Program-made: the position numbers and the translations under genes
Part shown: one piece after another, positions 37,495 to 47,023 of the stretch
How positions within the stretch are numbered: the first letter of the stretch is position 1
How the letters are laid out: the number at the start of each line of letters is the position of its first letter
The notes under the pieces: generated by a model
Told to the model about the DNA's origin: nothing
Databases searched by the model: none
Seen by the model: only the letters and a program-made list of their open reading frames with translations
Assembly (NCBI GenBank): GCA_051418015.1
Contig: JBPRGF010000031.1
Coordinates: 96,001 to 160,000, forward strand
Reading direction: 5' to 3'
Length of the DNA stretch: 64,000 bases
Origin: Candidatus Nitrospinota bacterium M3_3B_026
GTDB taxonomy: Bacteria; Nitrospinota_A; UBA7883; JBPRGF01

Positions 37495-39102
37495 GTGACA
37501 GCCCGCGAATTCGATTTCCTGGTCATAGGCTCGGGGCTGGCTGGCCTGACCTTCGCCCTCAAGACGGCCGACAGCGGCAGCGTGGCGCTCATCACCAAGA
37601 AGAGCCTCGCGGACTCCAACACCAACTACGCCCAGGGGGGAATAGCCGCCGTCCTTGGCGATGACGACTCCTTCGAGGAGCATATCAACGACACGCTGAG
37701 GACCGGATGCGGCCTGTGTCACGAGGAGGCCGTCCATCTGCTCGTCGAGAACGGCCCCAGGATGATCCAGGAGCTGATGGATTTCGGCGTCCGGTTCACC
37801 AGGGGGGAAAACGGCGCCCTCGACCTCGGCATGGAGGGGGGGCACTCGAAGCGAAGGATAGCCCACGTCAAGGACCTCACCGGGGCGGAAATGGAAAAGG
37901 CCCTGATCGAGTCGGCCAGGAAAAACCCGAACATACACATCTTCGAGAACCACATGGGCGTGGATCTGGTCTCCCGGGCCAAGCTCGACCCGGCGATCCA
38001 GCCCGGCTCCGGCAAGGACAGGGTGATCGGCGCCTACGTGATGGACAACGCCACGTCCAGGATCGTCCCCTTCGTGGCGAAGGCCACCCTGCTGGCCACC
38101 GGCGGGGCGGGGAAGGTCTACATATACACCTCCAACCCGGACATAGCCAGCGGCGACGGCATCGCCATGGGCTACAGGGCCGGGGCGGACGTGGGGAACA
38201 TGGAGTTCATGCAGTTCCACCCGACCTGTCTTTTCCACCCCAAGGCGAAATCCTTCCTCATCTCCGAGGCCGTCCGCGGCGAAGGGGCCAAGCTGAAGCT
38301 GTCGAACGGCGAGGCGTTCATGAAAAAATACCACGAGATGGGCTCGCTGGCCCCGCGGGACGTCGTCGCCAGGGCCATCGACGTGGAGATGAAAAAGAGC
38401 GGGGCCGACTGCGTCTGGCTCGACACCACCATGATCGACCCGGAATGGTTCCCCAAAAGGTTCCCCAACATATACGAAAAATGCGTTTCCCTGGGGTTCG
38501 ACCCCACGAAGGAGATGATCCCCGTTGTCCCGGCGGCGCACTATATGTGCGGAGGGGTGATGACGGACCTGGACGCCAGAACCACCATACCAGGGCTCTA
38601 CGCCGCCGGAGAGACCGCCCACACGGGCGTCCACGGCGCCAACAGGCTCGCCAGCAACTCCCTGCTGGAGGCGGTGGTCTTCGCCGACCGCGCGGCCGCA
38701 AGCGCAGCCGAATGGGCGAAAAGCGCGCCGGGGAACCACCTGGCCATACCGGAGTGGGAGTACGGCAAGGCCGTGGACGCCGACGAGCAGGTGGTCATCA
38801 CCCACCTGTGGGAGGAGGTCCGGCGGCTGATGTGGAACTACGTCGGCATAGCCCGCACAGACAAAAGGCTCGAGCGCGCCAGGCGAAGGATACGCTTCCT
38901 GCAGGAGGAGATCAACGAGTATTACTGGGATTTCATCGTCACCCCGGACCTCCTCGAGCTTCGGAACATAGCGCTGGTGGCCGAGCTTGTCATCGACTGC
39001 GCCATGTGGCGCAAAGAGTCCCGCGGGCTCCATTACAACCTGGACTACCCGGAGCGCGACGACGCGAATTTCAGGAAAGATATCGTCATGCAAAGGTTTT
39101 GA
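37495..39102 (+). CDS. nadB: L-aspartate oxidase
   Basis: GSGLAG, YAQGGIA, EGGHS, QFHPT, SEAVRGEG, HGANRLASNSLLE, ESRGLH. Confidence 0.97.
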   Translation: MTAREFDFLVIGSGLAGLTFALKTADSGSVALITKKSLADSNTNYAQGGIAAVLGDDDSFEEHINDTLRTGCGLCHEEAVHLLVENGPRMIQELMDFGVRFTRGENGALDLGMEGGHSKRRIAHVKDLTGAEMEKALIESARKNPNIHIFENHMGVDLVSRAKLDPAIQPGSGKDRVIGAYVMDNATSRIVPFVAKATLLATGGAGKVYIYTSNPDIASGDGIAMGYRAGADVGNMEFMQFHPTCLFHPKAKSFLISEAVRGEGAKLKLSNGEAFMKKYHEMGSLAPRDVVARAIDVEMKKSGADCVWLDTTMIDPEWFPKRFPNIYEKCVSLGFDPTKEMIPVVPAAHYMCGGVMTDLDARTTIPGLYAAGETAHTGVHGANRLASNSLLEAVVFADRAAASAAEWAKSAPGNHLAIPEWEYGKAVDADEQVVITHLWEEVRRLMWNYVGIARTDKRLERARRRIRFLQEEINEYYWDFIVTPDLLELRNIALVAELVIDCAMWRKESRGLHYNLDYPERDDANFRKDIVMQRF

Positions 39103-39107
39103 AAGGA

Positions 39108-39304
39108 GCCCCTTGCATAGCCTGCCAAAAGGCGGCCAAACTTCGCTTTCCTGAACGAGCCGAAGCCCTGAGCGAAAGCCAAAGAAGCCGTCTTCGCCAT
39201 GACGTGAAGGAACTTGTTTTTATAATATAAACGTGAAAGGCAAGTTGCTTCGGCTTCGCCTCAGAAATACAGCATTCAGCAGTTGATGGGTTTATGCAAA
39301 GGTC
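39108..39304. mobile_element. Non-autonomous MITE-like element, copy A
   Basis: Imperfect termini GCCCCTTGCATAG and TTATGCAAAGGTC; shares internal blocks with 57831-58000 in the opposite orientation. Confidence 0.6.
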
Positions 39305-39347
39305 CGTTTTAAAAAAGCGCCCAGGCGCGGCGGGTTTCAGCCCAGCT

Positions 39348-40709
39348 TCACGGAAGTGACGCGGCCCATCCCTCCATCTCCCTCTCCGCCCGGGCGAGGA
39401 TGGCCCTGCGGCGCTCTTTTCTGTTTTTTATATCCTCTTCGAGCGGCGGGAAGAGCGAGAAATTGATATTGGCGGGCTGGAAATTCTCCGCCCGCGAGGG
39501 GTCTGTTATATAGGCGAGGAGCGCCCCCATACAGGTCTTCGGGGGCGGCGGCTCGACGGTGGGGCCCAGAAGCTTTCCGGCGGCGAATATCCCCGCCAAC
39601 AGCCCCATCGCGGCGGACTCGGCGTATCCTTCCACGCCCGTGAGCTGGCCAGCCATTCTCACGCTCGGCGCGGCCTTGAGCGAAAGGTCGGGATTGAGCG
39701 CTCTCGGAGAGTTTATATAAGTGTTCCTGTGCAGCGAGCCATGCCTTAAAAAGACCGCGTTTTCAAGGCCGGGGATTCTCCTGAACACTCTCTCCTGCTC
39801 CGGGTAGGCAAGCTTCGTCTGGAACCCCACCATGTTGTAAGCGTCCCCCGCGGCGTTCTCCTTGCGCAGCTGGACGACCGCCCAGGGTCTGCGGCCGGTC
39901 CGGGGGTCGATCAGCCCCACGGGACGAAGCGGCCCGAAGGAGAGCGCCTCCCGGCCACGCCTTGCGATCTCCTCTATCGGCAGGCACCCCTCGAAGTAAA
40001 GACCCTTCTCGAACTGCCGCGGCTCGACGACCCTCGCCGAAAGCAGCTCGTCGATGAAACCCTCGTACTCCCGCCTGCTCATAGGCAGGTTGGCGTAGTC
40101 CCCCTCCCCCACCGGGCCGTACCGGTCCTGGATGAAAGCGATGGACCAATCGACACTGTCCGCCTCGACTATGGGGGCGATGGCGTCGTAAAAATAAAGC
40201 CCTCCGGCGCCGATGGTCTTCTCGATATCCACCGAAAGACCGCCCGAGGTAAGCGGCCCCGTGGCGACGATGACGGCGTCATAGCCCTCCGGGAGCCTTT
40301 CGACCTCCTCGCGGACGATCCTGACGCCGGGCATGGATTCCATCTCCCTCGTAACCGCCCCGGCCAGTTTCATCCTGTCCACGGCGAGTGCCTTCCCGGC
40401 GGGAACGCGGTTTTCCTTCGCCAGGCGGATGATGATAGAGCCGAGCCGCTCCATCTCCATCTTGAGAAGGCCCGCAGGGGTGTCCTGTGATTCGGCCTTG
40501 AGGGAATTGGAGCAGACAAGCTCTGCCAGAAGATCAGTCCCGTGCGCCGGCGTCATGCGCCCCGGGCGCATCTCGAAAAGGTCCACGGCGGCGCGGCCCC
40601 CGGCGCGGCTCGCGATGGCGAAGGCCGCCTCGCAGCCGGCTAGCCCGCCGCCGACGACTGCGACTTTTCGGGCTGATCCTCCTCCTCGGCCTCCTTCTGG
40701 AAATCGCAT
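39348..40709 (-). CDS. trmFO: tRNA m5U54 methyltransferase TrmFO
   Basis: GGGLAGCEAA, ELVCSNS, FYDAIAP, YFEGCLPIE, VGFQT, HRNTY, AGQLTGVEGY. Confidence 0.96.
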   Translation of the reverse strand: MRFPEGGRGGGSARKVAVVGGGLAGCEAAFAIASRAGGRAAVDLFEMRPGRMTPAHGTDLLAELVCSNSLKAESQDTPAGLLKMEMERLGSIIIRLAKENRVPAGKALAVDRMKLAGAVTREMESMPGVRIVREEVERLPEGYDAVIVATGPLTSGGLSVDIEKTIGAGGLYFYDAIAPIVEADSVDWSIAFIQDRYGPVGEGDYANLPMSRREYEGFIDELLSARVVEPRQFEKGLYFEGCLPIEEIARRGREALSFGPLRPVGLIDPRTGRRPWAVVQLRKENAAGDAYNMVGFQTKLAYPEQERVFRRIPGLENAVFLRHGSLHRNTYINSPRALNPDLSLKAAPSVRMAGQLTGVEGYAESAAMGLLAGIFAAGKLLGPTVEPPPPKTCMGALLAYITDPSRAENFQPANINFSLFPPLEEDIKNRKERRRAILARAEREMEGWAASLP

Positions 40710-42937
40710 TCCTTATTGGGACAGCGCAGAAAAACGCCGGACTTGAGGACTTTTTTCACAAGGAAAGGATAGCCGCACTTCGGGCAGGGCTCGTCCACGG
40801 GCTCGTCCCACACGGCGAAGTCGCATTTCGGGTACTGGCCGCATCCATAAAAAGTCTTGCCCCGCTTCGTCCTCTTCCGGGTAAGCTCTCCGCCGCATCC
40901 CTCCCGGGGGCATTTTATGCCGATGCCGATCTGCTTCGTGGTCTTGCACTTGGGGTAGTCCTCGCACGCTATGAAACGGCCGAAGCGGCCGGTCTTTATC
41001 ACCATGGGCTTGCCGCACTTCTCGCAGGTCAGGTCCGTCGGCTCGTCCGGCGGAGGCTCCTCCTTCGGGACGGCTTGCCCGTCCTTGCCGAGCTTCATCG
41101 TGTTCCTGCACTCCGGGTAGCCCGAGCAGGCCAGGAACCTGCCGAACCTGCCGAACTTTATGACCATCGGCTTTCCGCACTTGTCGCAGGTGTAGTCGGT
41201 CTTCTCCGCCTCCTCCTTCACGTTCCGCATCTGGACGCGGGCCTTTTCGAGGGTCGTCTCGAAAGGTTTGTAGAACTCGTCCAGCGCCTCCGTCCAGGCC
41301 TTTTTGCCCTCTTCCACCTGGTCCAGCTCCGCCTCCATCCGGGCGGTGAACTCCTCGTTCAGTATGTTCGGGAAGTTCTCCACCAGCAGGCCGGAGACCA
41401 GGACGCCAAGCTCCGTGGGTTTCAGCCTGCGCTCTTCCATCTCGCAGTAGTCCCTCTGCTGGATAATGGAGACTATCCCGGCGTAGGTGGAGGGGCGGCC
41501 GATGCCCTTCTCCTCCAGCTCGCGGATGAGCATGGCCTCCGTGAACCTCGGCGGGGGCTGGGTGAAATGCTGGTTTTTCTCGAGTTTCAGAAGCTTCAGC
41601 TCGTCTCCCTCGGCGATGTCCTCCGGTATCTTCTTCGACTCGTCACCGGCGGCGTCGTCCTTGTGCCGCTCCGCCCGCTCGTCGTACACCTTCAGGAAGC
41701 CCGCGAACTTCATGATGGAGCCCGTGGCGCGCAGGGTGTAATCCCCCGCCTCGATGTCCACAGTCGTGGCGTCGAACAGCGCCGAGGTCATCTGGCAGGA
41801 GATGAACCTTGCCCATATCAGGCTGTAAAGGCCAAGCTCCTCCTTTGACAGGTGTTTTTTCAGCGATTCCGGCGTCCTCGCCGCCGACGTGGGCCGGATG
41901 GCCTCGTGGGCGTCCTGGGCCGATTTTTTAGTCTTGTACACGTTGGCCGACGGGGGCAGGTATTCCTTCCCCCAGGTGTTCAGGATATAATCCCGCGCCT
42001 GCCCCACCGCCTCGTCCGAAAGCCGGGTGGAGTCGGTCCTCATATAGGTGATAAGACCGACAGGTCCCTCCTCGCCGATCTCTATTCCCTCGTAGAGCCG
42101 CTGGGCTATGGACATCGTCCTCCGGGCGTTGTAGCGCAGCCTCTTGCTCGCCTCCTGCTGGAGGGTGGAGGTGATGAAAGGCGCGACGGGGTTCCGCTTG
42201 CGCTCCTTTTTCTCTATCTTCCTTATCCTGAGCCCGGCCGCCTCGATCGCCCCGGCGGCTTCCCCGGCCCGCTCGGCGGAGTCTATCTCGGCCTTTTTCC
42301 CCTTGTAATGATGGAGCCGGACCTCGAAAGGCGGAGGGTTTTTACCCTCCACCAGGCCCTCGATCGTCCAATATTCCTCGGGCTTGAACTCCTGGATCTT
42401 CTCCTCCCGCTCCACCACCATCCGCAGGGCCACGGACTGCACCCTTCCCGCCGAAAGCCCCTTGCGCACCTTCTCCCAAAGCAGCGGGGAAAGCTTGTAG
42501 CCCACCAGCCTGTCGAGCACGCGGCGGGCCATCTGGGCGTTCACCTTGTTCGAATCGATCTGCCCGGGGTTTTTTATGGCCTCCTGGACGGCCCTTTTCG
42601 TGATCTCGTTAAAGAGCACGCGGTAGACCTCCCTGCCCTCCCCGATCTCCTCGGCTATGTGCGCCGCGATCGCCTCCCCCTCCCGGTCCGGGTCGGGCGC
42701 CAGGTAGATGGTGTCGGCCTTTTTGGCGGCGGCCTTCAGCTCCTTTATGACCTTGGCCTTGCCCTTGATGGTGACGAACTGGGGCTTGTAGCCGTCCTCT
42801 ATGTCCACGCCGAGCTTCGATTTCGGCAGGTTCTTGATGTGGCCCACGGAGGCCTTGACGGCCATGTCTTTGCCGAGGTAGCGTTTGAGCGTCTTCGCCT
42901 TGGCGGGCGACTCTACTATTACCAGTCCCTTAGCCAT
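40640..42937 (-). CDS. topA: DNA topoisomerase I
   Basis: IVESPAKAK, DPDREGE, SAGRVQS, ITYMRTDS, GIGRPSTY, C-terminal zinc ribbons; start at ATG 42937. Confidence 0.98.
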   Translation of the reverse strand: MAKGLVIVESPAKAKTLKRYLGKDMAVKASVGHIKNLPKSKLGVDIEDGYKPQFVTIKGKAKVIKELKAAAKKADTIYLAPDPDREGEAIAAHIAEEIGEGREVYRVLFNEITKRAVQEAIKNPGQIDSNKVNAQMARRVLDRLVGYKLSPLLWEKVRKGLSAGRVQSVALRMVVEREEKIQEFKPEEYWTIEGLVEGKNPPPFEVRLHHYKGKKAEIDSAERAGEAAGAIEAAGLRIRKIEKKERKRNPVAPFITSTLQQEASKRLRYNARRTMSIAQRLYEGIEIGEEGPVGLITYMRTDSTRLSDEAVGQARDYILNTWGKEYLPPSANVYKTKKSAQDAHEAIRPTSAARTPESLKKHLSKEELGLYSLIWARFISCQMTSALFDATTVDIEAGDYTLRATGSIMKFAGFLKVYDERAERHKDDAAGDESKKIPEDIAEGDELKLLKLEKNQHFTQPPPRFTEAMLIRELEEKGIGRPSTYAGIVSIIQQRDYCEMEERRLKPTELGVLVSGLLVENFPNILNEEFTARMEAELDQVEEGKKAWTEALDEFYKPFETTLEKARVQMRNVKEEAEKTDYTCDKCGKPMVIKFGRFGRFLACSGYPECRNTMKLGKDGQAVPKEEPPPDEPTDLTCEKCGKPMVIKTGRFGRFIACEDYPKCKTTKQIGIGIKCPREGCGGELTRKRTKRGKTFYGCGQYPKCDFAVWDEPVDEPCPKCGYPFLVKKVLKSGVFLRCPNKECDFQKEAEEEDQPEKSQSSAAG

Positions 42938-42972
42938 ATCAAACCGATTTTTCCAACAGATCAATTAGTGAG

Positions 42973-44076
42973 TTATAACTTGATAAAAAGCCTGCCCGGC
43001 GTCTGCTTCACCAGCCCCTTGAGTTCAAGGGACAGGAGTATAGCAGATACCATATTCGATGGCAAACCAAGCCCTTCCGCCACGGCGTCCATGTGCGCAG
43101 GCTCGTGACCGAGGGCCGCCAGAACCTTCGCCTCGTCCCCCGAAAGCTCCTCCTCCGGAAGCGGCAGGGCGGCCTGCCTTTCCATGATGGATTTTTTTAC
43201 GTAATCGGGCAGCTCCTCGAGTATGTCCCCCACATCCTGGATGAGCTTGGCGTGGCCCAGCTTTATCAGGCTGTTTGTCCCGCGGCTCTTGGGGGAGTTG
43301 GCCTGGCCGGGAAGCGAAAAGACGTCGCGGTTGTCGTCTATGGCGGCGTAGGCGGTTATCAGGGCGCCGCTCTTTTCCGCCGCCTCGGTGACGAAAACGC
43401 CAAGCGACAGGCCGCTTATCACCCTGTTTCGCATGGGGAAATTCGCCTTGTCGGGCCTGGCCGTGAAGGGAAACTGGCTGATGACGGCGCCGTTTCCGGC
43501 TATCGCGCGCTGCAGCCCCTTGTGCTCGGCGGGGTAATAGACGTTCAGCCCGCATCCCAGGACGGCGATAGTCCGCCCGCCCGCATCCAGCGCGGCCCTG
43601 TGAGCCACGCCGTCCACCCCCCGGGCCAGGCCGGACACGATGGTCACCCCCGCCGCGGAAAGCTCCCGCGCCATCTTCTCCGTCATCACCCTGCCGTAGC
43701 GGCTGGGCGTCCGGGAGCCGACGATGGCTATGGCGGCCGAGTCCTCCTCCCTCCATTCGCCCATGATCGAGAGGACCGGCGGGGGGGAGTAGGCGTTCTC
43801 CAGCGGTTTAGGGTAGCCCTCCTCGCCCAGGAGGACGATCGACGCCCCGGTCTTCCGGGCAAGCGCAAGCTCCCGCTCCGTAGCGGCCTCCGGGTCGGCC
43901 CGCCTGATCGTCTCCGCGGCGGCGGGCGACAGGCCGTTTATCCGCGAAAGCTCCTCCACCTCCGCCCTGAAGACATCCCTTGCCGAGCCAAAGGCGCCGA
44001 TCAGCCGGTGATAGGTGACGGGTCCCACGGGCGGCAGGGTGTTGAGCGCTATCCGGCAAATCCTCTCCTCGGTCAT
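42973..44076 (-). CDS. dprA: DNA-processing protein DprA
   Basis: AIVGSR, VSGLARGVD, FPMRNRVISGLS, KSGALITA, C-terminal winged helix. Confidence 0.96.
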   Translation of the reverse strand: MTEERICRIALNTLPPVGPVTYHRLIGAFGSARDVFRAEVEELSRINGLSPAAAETIRRADPEAATERELALARKTGASIVLLGEEGYPKPLENAYSPPPVLSIMGEWREEDSAAIAIVGSRTPSRYGRVMTEKMARELSAAGVTIVSGLARGVDGVAHRAALDAGGRTIAVLGCGLNVYYPAEHKGLQRAIAGNGAVISQFPFTARPDKANFPMRNRVISGLSLGVFVTEAAEKSGALITAYAAIDDNRDVFSLPGQANSPKSRGTNSLIKLGHAKLIQDVGDILEELPDYVKKSIMERQAALPLPEEELSGDEAKVLAALGHEPAHMDAVAEGLGLPSNMVSAILLSLELKGLVKQTPGRLFIKL

Positions 44077-44116
44077 GGGAGGGGCGCCTCCGGTTTCGCC
44101 GCCATGCCCGTCCTCA

Positions 44117-47023
44117 TCAGGAATGTCTCGCCGGAGCGCTCTTCCTGGCCCCGACAAACCTCAAGTATATGTCGCGGACAGCCTCCATGCGCTCCCGAGT
44201 GGCGTCCAGGAACCTGTCCGGCCCCACCCCGGCCTCCGCCACGCTCCGGGCCACGCGCCGCAGGGCGGAAATTGAAGTCGGCGCGACGCTGACGGCTCTC
44301 TCCGCGTCCATGCGCAGGGCGTCCTCTATGGCCCGGTAGAAGATGTAGGATCTTTCCAGCTCGGCGGCGTCCTCTTCGCCGAGCCATCCTTCGCCCCGGG
44401 CGGCCTGTATCGTGGCGATGGTCAGCGGGTCCTCGCCGGGGAAACCGGAGGGGAGACCGTTTTCCAGAAGGAGCCACTGGCAGATGAACTCTATCTCTAT
44501 CAGCCCCCCTTTTCCGAACTTTATGTCCAGCGCGCCGGATTTTGTCTTCTCTTTGGCTATCCGCTCCCTTATAGCCGCTATGCCCGCCGCCTCCTCCGGC
44601 GTCAGGGGCGGGGTGGTGATGAAGGCGCCGATGGTCTCCATGACGCTGTCGGCCAATCCGTCGTCGCCTGAAATCGGGCGGGCGCCGACGAGGGCAAGCC
44701 TTTCCCAGGGCTGCGCCCTGTTCTTGTAATAGGCGGCCATGGAGCCGTAAGAGCGCGCCAGGGGGCCGTTCTCCCCGTCGGGCCTCAAGCGCATGTCCAC
44801 GGCGTAGCCCTCGCCGTAGGGGGTCATCATTCCGCAAAGGCTTATGATCTTCTGGGTGAGGCGGGTGACGTAGGCTTTGGCATCCTCTCCGCCGTCGTAG
44901 AAAACCAGCATGTCAAGGTCCGAGCCGAAGTTCATCTCCCTCCTGCCGAGCTTCCCCGCGGCGAGAATGACCCAGCGGGCGTCATCGGGGCGGGGGCCGG
45001 CCTCGGCCTCGGCCAGGCCGGAGATCTTGCGCAGGTACTCCTCGGCGATCACCGTAAGCCCCAGCATCAGTTCGAACCTGTCGGCGAGGCCAAGCAGCCT
45101 GCGGACGCCGAGCCGCAGCCTCTCGGCCACGCGGAAGGCGTTGATCCGCGCCATTCTGTCCTCCAGATTTTTACCCTCGGCGGCCTTGGCGGCCAGCTCG
45201 GCCCTGTAAGTCATCCTGTCGGCGGGTTTTCCTACGGGGTCCGCGCCGAGCAGCCGGTCCAGGATGTCCGGCTGTTTTATGAGGACCGACGTCAACCGCT
45301 CCGACGAGGAAAAGACCGCCGCCAGAAGCTTTATGACCGGCCTGTGCCTGTCCAGAAGCTCGTAGAGCATCTCCCTGCCGCCCTTGGCGTCCACGAACCT
45401 TTCAAACCCCATGATGACGTTGTCTGACCACGGCGCCGCGGCGGCCTCGGCGACGAGGGCCGGGCCGAACCTGTCGAAGGTCATCCTGCTTTTGTCCGAG
45501 GGGTGGGTGAAGGGGCGGCCGTTGCGCAAAGTGTTCAACGACCGCGCCGCGGCCTCGGGCTTGTCGAAACCCAGCGAGTCGAGCCATTCGGCCGCCGCCT
45601 CCTCGTTCTCAAGCGGCACGGGGAAGGATTCGGCGGGTTTTTTGTCCTTCGCGAAGAACATGTCGAATATGGAGCGGACGCGCTTCCTGCGGCGCTCGAC
45701 CCCCCTTCGCAAACGCTCCGCGGCGCCATCGCCGGAAAGGCCCATGAGCCTGCCGAGCGTCCCGAGCCTCTTTTCGTCGCCGGGCAGGGAATGGGTCTGT
45801 ATCCCCTGGTGGTACTGGATCCTGTTCTCCAGCCTGCGGTAGAAGATGTAAGCCTCCTTCAGGTCACGATGCCACGGGGCGGAAAGCAGGCCCAGCGAAC
45901 GGCAGGCGGAAAGGGCCTCAAGCGTCGAGCGTGTCTGAAGCTCCGGGTACCTTGCGCCATACAGTAGCTGGAGAGCCTGGACGACGAACTCTATCTCCCG
46001 TATTCCGCCGCGCCCCAGCTTTATGTCCTTTGCGGCCCGCCCGGCGCCAATCCTTGCGTTGAGGGACTGGTCGATCTTGTCCTTCATCGCCGAGATTTCG
46101 TCTATGGCGCGCTGGTCCAGGTATTTGCGGTAGACGAAAGGCTTCAGCCTTCCCAGTATCTCCTCCGAGACCTCCCTCGCCCCGCCGCAATGCCTCGCCT
46201 TGATGAGCGCCTGTCTTTCCCATTGCTGGCCCCAGGACTCGTAGTAAATCTCCATCGCGCCGATGGAGTTGGTTATCTCCCCCCTGTTTCCCTCCGGCCG
46301 CAGGTCAAGGTCCACGCGGAAGGCGATCCCGTCTTCCGTGGCCTCGCCCAGCAGGCGGACGGTCTCCCTTGCGATCTTCACGAAGAACTCGTGCAGGGAG
46401 ACGACCCCGGCCCCGCCCTCCCGGCCCCTGGTCTGGCCGCGGTCGGAGGTGTGGACGAACACGATGTCCACGTCGGAGGAGATGTTCAGCTCCCGGCCCC
46501 CGAGCTTGCCCAGCCCCAGGACGCATATCCGAGCCAGCTTCTCCCCGGAGCCTTCAAGCTCCGTGTAGAGCGGGACGCCGTGGACCTTGAGGGCCTCGCG
46601 CTCCGCGATGGACAGGGCCGCGTCGATGGCAAGCTCCGCCACCGCCGACCATTCCTCCATGGTCTCCTCAAGATCGGCCAGGCCGGAGAGCTCCCTGGCT
46701 GCGATCCTGGCAAGCTCCCTGCTCCTGAAACGCCGCAGGGCGGGCATGGGCGCCATCGAGGAGAGCAGCAGCGCAAGGCTGCTGGACATATCCTCCGTAT
46801 CGCGGGGTTTTTCGAGCTTGCCGTCCTCCACCAGCCAGTCGATGTCCTCCGGGCGCGAAAGCAGCCAATGCGTCAGAAACTCGCTCCCGGTGAAAAGATG
46901 GGCAAGGACAAAGAGTTTTTTTTCATTTTCGGCGAGGGCCGGCCGGGCCGCCAGGGTTCTTTCAAGCCCGGCCAGGGCCGCCCCGGGATCGGCTGTCTTC
47001 GCGGCGATATCTTCCAGGGTCAT
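44117..47023 (-). CDS. glnE: Glutamine synthetase adenylyltransferase/removase
   Basis: Two nucleotidyltransferase domains (GKLGGRELN.SSDVD; GKLGRREMNFGSDLD), RVDLDLRPEG, WERQA, GGIREIEF. Confidence 0.95.
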   Translation of the reverse strand: MTLEDIAAKTADPGAALAGLERTLAARPALAENEKKLFVLAHLFTGSEFLTHWLLSRPEDIDWLVEDGKLEKPRDTEDMSSSLALLLSSMAPMPALRRFRSRELARIAARELSGLADLEETMEEWSAVAELAIDAALSIAEREALKVHGVPLYTELEGSGEKLARICVLGLGKLGGRELNISSDVDIVFVHTSDRGQTRGREGGAGVVSLHEFFVKIARETVRLLGEATEDGIAFRVDLDLRPEGNRGEITNSIGAMEIYYESWGQQWERQALIKARHCGGAREVSEEILGRLKPFVYRKYLDQRAIDEISAMKDKIDQSLNARIGAGRAAKDIKLGRGGIREIEFVVQALQLLYGARYPELQTRSTLEALSACRSLGLLSAPWHRDLKEAYIFYRRLENRIQYHQGIQTHSLPGDEKRLGTLGRLMGLSGDGAAERLRRGVERRRKRVRSIFDMFFAKDKKPAESFPVPLENEEAAAEWLDSLGFDKPEAAARSLNTLRNGRPFTHPSDKSRMTFDRFGPALVAEAAAAPWSDNVIMGFERFVDAKGGREMLYELLDRHRPVIKLLAAVFSSSERLTSVLIKQPDILDRLLGADPVGKPADRMTYRAELAAKAAEGKNLEDRMARINAFRVAERLRLGVRRLLGLADRFELMLGLTVIAEEYLRKISGLAEAEAGPRPDDARWVILAAGKLGRREMNFGSDLDMLVFYDGGEDAKAYVTRLTQKIISLCGMMTPYGEGYAVDMRLRPDGENGPLARSYGSMAAYYKNRAQPWERLALVGARPISGDDGLADSVMETIGAFITTPPLTPEEAAGIAAIRERIAKEKTKSGALDIKFGKGGLIEIEFICQWLLLENGLPSGFPGEDPLTIATIQAARGEGWLGEEDAAELERSYIFYRAIEDALRMDAERAVSVAPTSISALRRVARSVAEAGVGPDRFLDATRERMEAVRDIYLRFVGARKSAPARHS

